Positions 57,444 through 64,000 of a stretch of DNA of 64,000 nucleotides are shown piece by piece. Within the stretch, counting starts at the first letter, position 1, and the number at the start of each line of letters is the position of its first letter. The translations under genes were made by a program, and so were the position numbers. The stretch lies in contig CAYVDY010000001.1 in NCBI GenBank assembly GCA_964450255.1, positions 11,039-75,038 on the forward strand, written 5' to 3'. This DNA comes from an uncultured Candidatus Solibacter sp. Lineage in GTDB: Bacteria > Acidobacteriota > Terriglobia > Bryobacterales > Bryobacteraceae. Under the pieces are notes generated by a model. It did not search any database and had not been told where the DNA came from. It saw nothing but the letters and a program-made list of their open reading frames with translations.

Positions 57444-59647
57444 TGAAAGCCCGGCTCCTTACCCCCTTTCTGATCCTTGCCTCGCTGGCTATGGTGAACG
57501 GCCAGGTGCTGATCCGAGTCCAGCAGGGCAACAACATCGTCCCCGTTCCGAACGGGGGGAGCGTCACGGTGAACTCGACCGGCGTAGCCCAGCCGAAGAA
57601 GCTGCAGGTGACCGTTACCTACATTGGGGCGACGACACTCACGTTTCCCCAGGCGCCCGAGATTCTCGGTTCACAGGATTTCAGCATCACCCGCGCTCCG
57701 GCACCATATACGGTCCTGGCTCCGAACCAAAGCCTGACCATCGATCTGCAGTACCTGCCGACCTCTGAGCTGTTGGCGCAGAGTGAGATGGATTACGGTT
57801 TTCAGCAGAGCGCGCCCGTGCCGACCAATCCAGGCCAGACGGCGCAGCCGCCTACGCCCGGGATCATCGCGATCGGGCTCAACGGGACCGCTCCGGAGTA
57901 CTTCCTCAGCTACGGTCTCGCTCTGGACGGCAACATTGTCAACGTGCCGCCGGGCGGCACCCTCACGTTTACCGATACGCCTGTGAACGGCTCGACGACT
58001 GCTTCGACATTTATCCTGAACCGGGGTAGTGGAGCGGGTCAGATCCAGTCCGTCAGCGTCGCAGGAGATGCCTACTCGCTGGTCTCGTTGCCGCTGCTGC
58101 CGTCAGTGCTTGCCGCCGGCGCCAACTACCAGTTTCAGTTGCGCTATCGCCCAAGGCAGACCGGAACGGACACGGGCACGCTGAACGTCACTTTCGAGGG
58201 CGGTAAGTCGTACAGCATCAATTTGAGCGGTCGTGGCATTGCCTCCTACCTGACGTACGATCTGCTGACAGCGGACGGCACCACGCAGCCGATTGCCCCG
58301 AATCAGGTGGTTCCCGTACCCGCCACGCCGGTAGGCAGCAAATCGACAGTCTTCATCAGAATGCGCAATTCCAGCAATCTGGATATCTCGGTCCCCAGCA
58401 TTGCGATTGCGGGAGCGGCGTATCAGCTCAGCGATCTGCCATTTTTGCCCGTGACCATGCCTCCGGGCGATGTCCAGTTCTTCTCTCTGATCTTCAATCC
58501 GCCGTCGGCCGGCAAGCACACCGGGAAACTCCGCGTGGGCAACGACTCCTTCGACCTTGTCGGAGAAGGGATCGGACCGCTGCTGACGTATTCCTATCGC
58601 AGTCCGGCCGGTGTGACGCCGGTGCAACCCCTGGGCGGCGTGATCTTCCCAGGCGTGCAGGTGGGTGATTCCTCAAGCATCGAGTTCACGATCAAGAACA
58701 CGGGCTCTGCCCCCGCGCCGATCGTCAGCGTGGGCATCGTCTCTGACGGTAAGGCCGTGTTTACGCTCGCCGGGCTTCCGGCGCTGCCAACCGCGATCGC
58801 ACCAGACGGTTCCGTCTCGTTCAGCATCAAATTCGCCCCGCTGAATATCAACCTGAGCAGCGCGTCGCTCCGGATCAACACCGAGGCGTTCACACTCGCG
58901 GGAATCGGTAGCGCGCCTGCACCACTGCCGGACTTCACACTTCAGGGTCCAACCACGGTTCAGCCCTTCCAGCAGCCCAGTGTCAGCCTGACGCTGGCAT
59001 CGCCTCATCCCGTGGCCCTCACCGGAACGCTCACGCTGACGACGGAATCCGAAGTTGCCTCCAGCGACCCGTCCGTGCAGTTCGTGACGGGCAGCCGCGT
59101 GGCTTCCTTTACGATTCCCGCCGGCGCCACAAAGGCAGTCTTCGCCAGCGGCTCCACGCAGATCAAGTTCCAGACGGGTAGCTTGGCAAGCACCATCGTC
59201 CTCACGCCGGCCTTCGCCACGCAGGGCGGGCTCGACATGACGCCGGAGAGCCCAACCCAGTTGCGAGCGAGCCTCCCGGCCAGCGCGCCCCAGTTGGTCA
59301 GTGCCAGCGTGGACTCCCGCACCGCCAACGGCTTCACCGTCGCGCTCGTGGGCTATACGACAACCCGGTCGTTGACGAAGGCAAACGTCAGCTTCAAGGG
59401 CAAGCCGGGGTACAACTTCCCTCAGACGGACTTCAGCGTGGACCTGACAGCCAGCTCGTTTCTCTGGTTCACGTCGGCATCGTCGGTGCCGTATGGAGGC
59501 CAGTTCCTGATGCAGCTTCCGTTCAGCATCAGCAATAGCGACACGTCGAACTCGGCGCTGCCTCCGATCCAGGCGATTGAATCGGTAACGGTGACCGTGA
59601 CGAACAGCGTCGGGACGTCCAATGCGCTTACGGCCTTGGTGCAGTAG
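57443..59647 (+). CDS. Secreted protein with ASH/choice-of-anchor D Ig-like domains
   Basis: Repeated FxxTxVG...IxNxG...FxP modules; start coupled to the upstream stop (TAATG). Confidence 0.78.
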   Translation: MKARLLTPFLILASLAMVNGQVLIRVQQGNNIVPVPNGGSVTVNSTGVAQPKKLQVTVTYIGATTLTFPQAPEILGSQDFSITRAPAPYTVLAPNQSLTIDLQYLPTSELLAQSEMDYGFQQSAPVPTNPGQTAQPPTPGIIAIGLNGTAPEYFLSYGLALDGNIVNVPPGGTLTFTDTPVNGSTTASTFILNRGSGAGQIQSVSVAGDAYSLVSLPLLPSVLAAGANYQFQLRYRPRQTGTDTGTLNVTFEGGKSYSINLSGRGIASYLTYDLLTADGTTQPIAPNQVVPVPATPVGSKSTVFIRMRNSSNLDISVPSIAIAGAAYQLSDLPFLPVTMPPGDVQFFSLIFNPPSAGKHTGKLRVGNDSFDLVGEGIGPLLTYSYRSPAGVTPVQPLGGVIFPGVQVGDSSSIEFTIKNTGSAPAPIVSVGIVSDGKAVFTLAGLPALPTAIAPDGSVSFSIKFAPLNINLSSASLRINTEAFTLAGIGSAPAPLPDFTLQGPTTVQPFQQPSVSLTLASPHPVALTGTLTLTTESEVASSDPSVQFVTGSRVASFTIPAGATKAVFASGSTQIKFQTGSLASTIVLTPAFATQGGLDMTPESPTQLRASLPASAPQLVSASVDSRTANGFTVALVGYTTTRSLTKANVSFKGKPGYNFPQTDFSVDLTASSFLWFTSASSVPYGGQFLMQLPFSISNSDTSNSALPPIQAIESVTVTVTNSVGTSNALTALVQ

Positions 59648-59827
59648 GGGGTAGACGGGCGGCCCCCGACGCCATTCGTTCCGCTGTTGGACTGGAGAAT
59701 GGACCCTTGCGGTGCCGATCCTCCAAGTATCGTTCTGCATGTGATGGGTAGTTCTGTCGTTACAAGGAGGGCGAGAGGCGAGGGAGAGGCCGCCGGAAAG
59801 TTGTCGGCTCCGCACAGGAGCACAAAC

Positions 59828-59861
59828 AAGAGAAGGGCCGGCGTGAGCCGACCCTTCTCTT
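59828..59861 (-). terminator. Hairpin terminator after the first VPDGG gene
   Basis: AAGAGAAGGGCCGGC-GTGA-GCCGACCCTTCTCTT. Confidence 0.7.
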
Positions 59862-59887
59862 GATTGTGCGTGAAGACAGGTGAAGAG

Positions 59888-60580
59888 TTAAGCGCGAAGT
59901 TTCCTGCGCAGCGTCTCAAGCCCGGCAAGCGCTCCACCCAGCAGCATGAGAGTCACGCCGCCGTCTGGGACCCGGCCGACCTGCGGTTGATTAATCGCAT
60001 AGTTACCTGGGTTAGGGGTAAACCACAAGTAGTTGCCGATGTTGCCAGAACCGCTATTAATCAAAGCATTGCTGGCGAGAGTCGCCGCTCCAGCTGCTGT
60101 AGGCGTGTAACTTGCACCATAGATCACATCCCAGATGGCTTGTTGCACTACCTTTTCTGTATCGTTGCTAGTCGCAACGTTTTCGTTGGTATCCAGGATC
60201 CAGGCAATGGCTCCGGCAATCGAAGTGTCAGTGAGGCTGTTGTAACTCACCTGACCCAGCTCGTTACCAACTCCAGCTGCCCGAGTCCTCTCGACAGTAC
60301 CATTTGATGTAGCACGCGTGTCGTTGTAAAGGGAATTATTAGAAGGCGCGCTGATATAGTCGTATAGGGCTAAGCAATACAGGAAGTCCAGCTTCTGGTT
60401 CACGCCGGCATTCGGTCCGGTATTCGGCTTCCAATAGGAGTCGTCGAACGATCCCCCAGAAGTCCCGGGATTGACGGACCCAAACGTTAGCGTTCCGAAG
60501 GTGTCCGCACGCGCCGTGGCTGATCCCAGGACAACAGCCATCGCCACTACCCCGAGCACAAGCCAATAGCTTCTCTTCAT
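59888..60580 (-). CDS. VPDSG-CTERM-type (VPDGG) exosortase substrate
   Basis: Signal peptide; C-terminal VPDGGVTLMLLGGALAGLETLRRKLRA. Confidence 0.9.
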   Translation of the reverse strand: MKRSYWLVLGVVAMAVVLGSATARADTFGTLTFGSVNPGTSGGSFDDSYWKPNTGPNAGVNQKLDFLYCLALYDYISAPSNNSLYNDTRATSNGTVERTRAAGVGNELGQVSYNSLTDTSIAGAIAWILDTNENVATSNDTEKVVQQAIWDVIYGASYTPTAAGAATLASNALINSGSGNIGNYLWFTPNPGNYAINQPQVGRVPDGGVTLMLLGGALAGLETLRRKLRA

Positions 60581-60677
60581 AAGTGAATTTCCTCCGTCTC
60601 AATGTTCTGAGCAAAATGCCAAACTTACCGCCAGACTCTCAGTCTGACGTTTCCGTTCAGGCGCACGCATGAAGAGT

Positions 60678-60694
60678 AGCAATTGTCGGGCCAA
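60678..60694 (-). promoter_or_regulatory. Sigma-54 promoter
   Basis: The minus strand reads TTGGCCCGACAATTGCT. Confidence 0.8.
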
Positions 60695-60825
60695 CTGTAT
60701 TCGAATCGTCATCGAATCATCACAGCCCCACGATACGCTGACAAACTCTAGCCTTTCCCTCCACTTAGGGTCACCTGCCTTTTCCGGTGCCAACTGTTGG
60801 GCTCCGGACGCCCCGATACTCGCTC

Positions 60826-60847
60826 TGTAAGGAAGTCCGACACAGCC
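60826..60847. promoter_or_regulatory. Putative enhancer box
   Basis: TGTAAGGAAGTCCGACACAGCC (TGT-N11-ACA); similar to 62408-62429. Confidence 0.65.
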
Positions 60848-60949
60848 AGGTGCTGCGCGTTTTGGAAATCGACGACAACATCTTGTTTCTGTGTGGCTTA
60901 CGGGTGGTAAGCGCTCTCCTCATGGTAGTGTATGGTAACCTGACGAACT

Positions 60950-61350
60950 CGACTTCTCCGCCAATTCCCAAAGTGCCGGCCGGCTGATGCAGTTTCGACA
61001 GCGGCGGAAGTAATCTGCCCCCTGTGGCGCCGCGCGACATCCTGTACCATCTCGCGCTCCCGCAGATCGGGCACCTTGACGGCGACAACCGCCTACCGAG
61101 AGCCGGGTCCTCTCGAAACTCCACGCTGGAAACACTATTCCCGGAGAAAACGCAAAAGAAGTGCATGTCACGGCACCGGCAACACACCGATCTCGTCGAG
61201 GAAAAGCGTGGCCCCGGCGGCGGTCGCAATGCGCCATTTTCAGAGCCCAGGAGTTCGCTCTCCGGCAGATTCTCGGGGATCGCGTTGCAGTTGATGGCGA
61301 CGAACGGGCCGATCTTCCGCGCGTTCCGTCGATGGATCGCCGAGGCCAAG
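60950..61350 (-). pseudogene. Heavily decayed copy of a sigma-54 activator (prsR-like)
   Basis: Fragments in shifting frames: AIHRR..GPFVAINCNAIPENLPESEL, TLFLDEIG, FRED, VKVPDLRER, EMVQD..RRHRGQIT, ISRPALWEL. Confidence 0.8.
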
Positions 61351-61433
61351 CTCAACCTATTCAAGTGCTCAGGGGGGCAGACCCAGCGCGGAAAGCGGCC
61401 GCGGTCCCAGTGGGCCTCGGACCGAGCGCACAA

Positions 61434-61471
61434 ATGCCAAGAGGGCCGGATTGCTCCGGCCCTCTTGGCAT
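61434..61471 (-). terminator. 17-bp-stem hairpin after the second VPDGG gene
   Basis: ATGCCAAGAGGGCCGGA-TTGC-TCCGGCCCTCTTGGCAT. Confidence 0.75.
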
Positions 61472-61491
61472 CCAACCTAGGAAGGAAGTGG

Positions 61492-62184
61492 TTACGCGCG
61501 GAACTTCCGGCGCAGAGTCTCGAGACCAACCAGAGCACCGCCCAGCAGCATGAGGGTCATGCCACCGTCGGGGACGGCCTTGTACGCATGGTTGTCGGTT
61601 TCAAAGGCCGCCGTATTCGAGGTCATGACTATTTGATTGAAATAGGAGCTCGAATCCGTAGCGTTAAAGTTCAGATACTGCCCAATACTTTGGTCGCCGT
61701 TGTTCGGCGAAAAGCCATCGAATTGTTTGACCAGGACACCGTTATTGAAAGCGAGGACGTTGTAGCTGTCCGGGCTGCCCAAGTACATGCCGAAGTAACT
61801 TATTGGCGTACTAAAGTCGATGGTCACTGGGTTTGGCCTACCAGGTAGGCCGGAGCCCACCGTGAGATAGGTGGTGTTGTCATTGGGGGGAGCCGCGTAT
61901 TGACCGCCCACCGAACCCGACACAAACGGACTATTATCAGACGTCCCCCACGAATACTTCGCAATGCCGCTCGTGTATGGCGAAGTTTGGGCGGAAGTCA
62001 GACCATCAAAGGTGATCGTCGTCGCACCTGTGACGGCTGTACACAACCCCGCGTTCCCATCGATCGCATTCTGATCATACGTGCAGTTAACGCCCAATGT
62101 AGTCACCACGACGTCTGCACTGAGTGGTAAAATCGCGGCCGCAGACACAAGCCACAAAGATCGAACTAGCAAAGAGAACTTCAT
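61492..62184 (-). CDS. VPDGG exosortase substrate with an Npun_F0296-like passenger domain
   Basis: GQYAAP...YFGMYLGSPDSYN...AFETDNH; C-terminal VPDGGMTLMLLGGALVGLETLRRKFRA. Confidence 0.88.
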   Translation of the reverse strand: MKFSLLVRSLWLVSAAAILPLSADVVVTTLGVNCTYDQNAIDGNAGLCTAVTGATTITFDGLTSAQTSPYTSGIAKYSWGTSDNSPFVSGSVGGQYAAPPNDNTTYLTVGSGLPGRPNPVTIDFSTPISYFGMYLGSPDSYNVLAFNNGVLVKQFDGFSPNNGDQSIGQYLNFNATDSSSYFNQIVMTSNTAAFETDNHAYKAVPDGGMTLMLLGGALVGLETLRRKFRA

Positions 62185-62273
62185 TCGGACCCTCCTTCAG
62201 TTTCACTTTACGGACTTGCACCTTACGCCTTCTGAGCGTGCTCCAGTCTGTAAACCTACTCTCCTTCAGTCAG

Positions 62274-62290
62274 TGCAATTGTCGTGCCAA
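62274..62290 (-). promoter_or_regulatory. Sigma-54 promoter
   Basis: The minus strand reads TTGGCACGACAATTGCA, a perfect TGGCACG-N4-TTGCA match. Confidence 0.88.
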
Positions 62291-62407
62291 AGATGCCTGG
62301 AGCTTTCGAGACCCTTCCAGCGCGAGCTAAGTGCCACCTCCATAAGCGGTTAGACACTGCCCTCCCAAATCCTGTCCCCGAGGGCGCAGAACCAGATGGA
62401 CGAGTTT

Positions 62408-62524
62408 CGTAAACGATTCCGACACAGCCGATGCGGCCCTTCGCAGCCTTCGCTGTAAACCATTCTGGGTCTTGCATTTGCGAGCAACACCGTTAACTTG
62501 TCTGCACTGTAAGAAGGTCCGACG
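62408..62524. promoter_or_regulatory. Two putative enhancer boxes 100 bp apart
   Basis: CGTAAACGATTCCGACA (62408-62424) and TGTAAGAAGGTCCGACG (62508-62524). Confidence 0.6.
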
Positions 62525-62556
62525 ATTCACGGGCTAGGCAAGGCTTGGCTCCCCCC

Positions 62557-63387
62557 TCACCCCTCCCGCCCATTCCCCAGCTTCTCCATCAGCTCATACA
62601 GCGTCGACCGGCTGATCCCCAGCTCCACCGCCGCAGTCGTGATCTTCCCCCGATGCCGCCGCAGCGCCTCCTGCACCATCTCCCGCTCCAACCCCTCCCG
62701 CGCCTCCTTCAGCGTCTGGGGCGGCAAGGCGCTCAACGCATCAGCCAGTTCCAGATCCCGGGCCGTGACTCGCTTCCCATCCGCCATGATGACCGCCCGC
62801 CGTACCCGGTTCTGCAGCTCGCGGACGTCACCCGGCCAAGGGTAAACACCCAGAGCCCGCAGCGCGTCCGGCGCGAAGGTCAAACCCGGTTTGCCGTGCT
62901 CGCTACCATAGCTATGCAGGAACGCCTTCGCCACCAAGCCAATGTCGTCCCCCCGCTCCCGCAGGGCGGGCACCTTGACCACCATCACGGCCAGGCGAAA
63001 GTACAGGTCCTCCCGAAACTTCCCGGCGGCGGTGTACTCCTGCAGATTCTTGTTCGTGGCCGTGATGACGCGGGCATCGCTGGCAATCTCCTGCCGGCCG
63101 CCGACGCGCTGAAAGCACTTCTCCTGAAGGAAACGCAGGAGCTTCACCTGGACTAGCGCCGGCAACTCTCCGATCTCGTCGAGAAAGAGCGTGCCTCCTG
63201 CGGCGGTCTCAATATGCCCTTTGCGCTGCGTTTGAGCCCCCGTGAACGCACCCTTCTCATAGCCGAAGAGCTCACTCTCCAACAGATTCTCCGGGATCGC
63301 GTTGTAGTGGATGGCGATGAACGGGCCTTCCTTCCTCGCGCTCCGTCGATGGATCACCGCGTCGAGGGCAAAGCTCAAGCGGTTCAA
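62557..63387 (-). pseudogene. prsR: 5'-truncated sigma-54-dependent activator, PrsR-like (no receiver domain or Walker A)
   Basis: ESELFGYEKGAFTGA, TLFLDEIG, FREDLYFRL, WPGDVREL and a Fis HTH. The ORF begins after the expected GESGTGKE motif. Confidence 0.75.
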
Positions 63388-63456
63388 CCGCTCAGGGGGC
63401 AGACCAAACCGGAAAGCAGTTGTGGTCTCCGTGGGCTCCGGACCGAGCGCACAGAC

Positions 63457-63490
63457 GCCAAGAGGGCCGGATCACTCCGGCCCTCTTGGC
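63457..63490 (-). terminator. Hairpin after the third VPDGG gene
   Basis: GCCAAGAGGGCCGGA-TCAC-TCCGGCCCTCTTGGC. Confidence 0.75.
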
Positions 63491-63512
63491 ATCCAACGTA
63501 GGAAGGAAGTGG

Positions 63513-64000
63513 TTACGCGCGGAACTTCCGGCGCAGAGTTTCGAGCCCAACCAGAGCACCGCCCAGCAGCATGAGGGTCATACCACCGTCAGGGACGTTC
63601 AAAGTCCCGGCTTCGCCCCAGCCGCCAACACCGGCAGGAATATAGTCGCTTCCCGAAACGTAAATCGAAGCTACGCCGCCATTCGCCCGCCAGATGTTGA
63701 GTTCTTCACCGGAAGGAGCCACAAACAGCAGCCCAAATGCGCCATCCGCTAGGGAGTTGTCATACCAGAATTTGCCCGAAGGAGAAGTATTGGGTGCTGG
63801 GGGTGCGTACGGTGCGAGTGCTGCGGTCAAAGGCCCTCCTCCCGGCAGAGGAGTAGTCCAACTGAAAGTGGCAGATCCGGCCGCCGCGTCGTTGCCCGTC
63901 AAATCCAGCCAGCCAGAAGCCGTAATCGTCGGGCCGGAAAAGGTAAACGATACCGTGTCCGCCATGGCAGGGACCAGACCCACAACCATCACGAGAACAC
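63513..64000 (-). CDS. VPDGG exosortase substrate (5' end probably outside the window)
   Basis: End of a signal peptide (PAMA-D); C-terminal VPDGGMTLMLLGGALVGLETLRRKFRA. Confidence 0.85.
   Translation of the reverse strand, partial: VLVMVVGLVPAMADTVSFTFSGPTITASGWLDLTGNDAAAGSATFSWTTPLPGGGPLTAALAPYAPPAPNTSPSGKFWYDNSLADGAFGLLFVAPSGEELNIWRANGGVASIYVSGSDYIPAGVGGWGEAGTLNVPDGGMTLMLLGGALVGLETLRRKFRA

Noticed and set aside
60771..61538. 255-aa minus-strand ORF as an intact gene
   Set aside because: It runs through a terminator, a frameshifted prsR relic and regulatory DNA; treated as a pseudogene region.
1..64000. Transposase, integrase, prophage, tRNA or rRNA genes
   Set aside because: No diagnostic motifs were seen. 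The small HTH at 1623 is excisionase-like in fold, but no integrase or att site accompanies it.

Overview
High-GC bacterial DNA, probably Acidobacteriota of the Solibacter/Bryobacter group (inferred from the protein families). From left to right: (1) a heptose-7-phosphate kinase gene (hddA). (2) A compact three-gene module: MerR-type HTH, ParA, and a large winged-helix Rep-like protein, with no parB. More than 20 copies of a palindromic motif (core AARACCCATGGGTYTT, often phased at 21 bp) lie both upstream of the module and inside the Rep-like gene, making it a candidate new replication/partition module. (3) Two giant divergent Ig-repeat surface proteins with cohesin-like N-termini, plus a third cohesin-like protein, a dockerin-like/FN3 protein, a PilZ protein and a VanZ-LamG protein. 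(4) An exosortase/PEP-CTERM system: exosortase, PrsT-like TPR lipoprotein and five sorted proteins. (5) A ~29 kb minus-strand Wzx/Wzy exopolysaccharide cluster. (6) A NusG-paralog/Wza operon. (7) A tandem array of VPDGG-CTERM genes with unrelated passenger domains, separated by decayed prsR copies; two are preceded by a sigma-54 promoter and a shared 17-bp upstream box, which also occur upstream of one giant surface protein gene. No rRNA, tRNA, CRISPR array or transposase was seen. Family calls come from motif recognition only; no searches were run.
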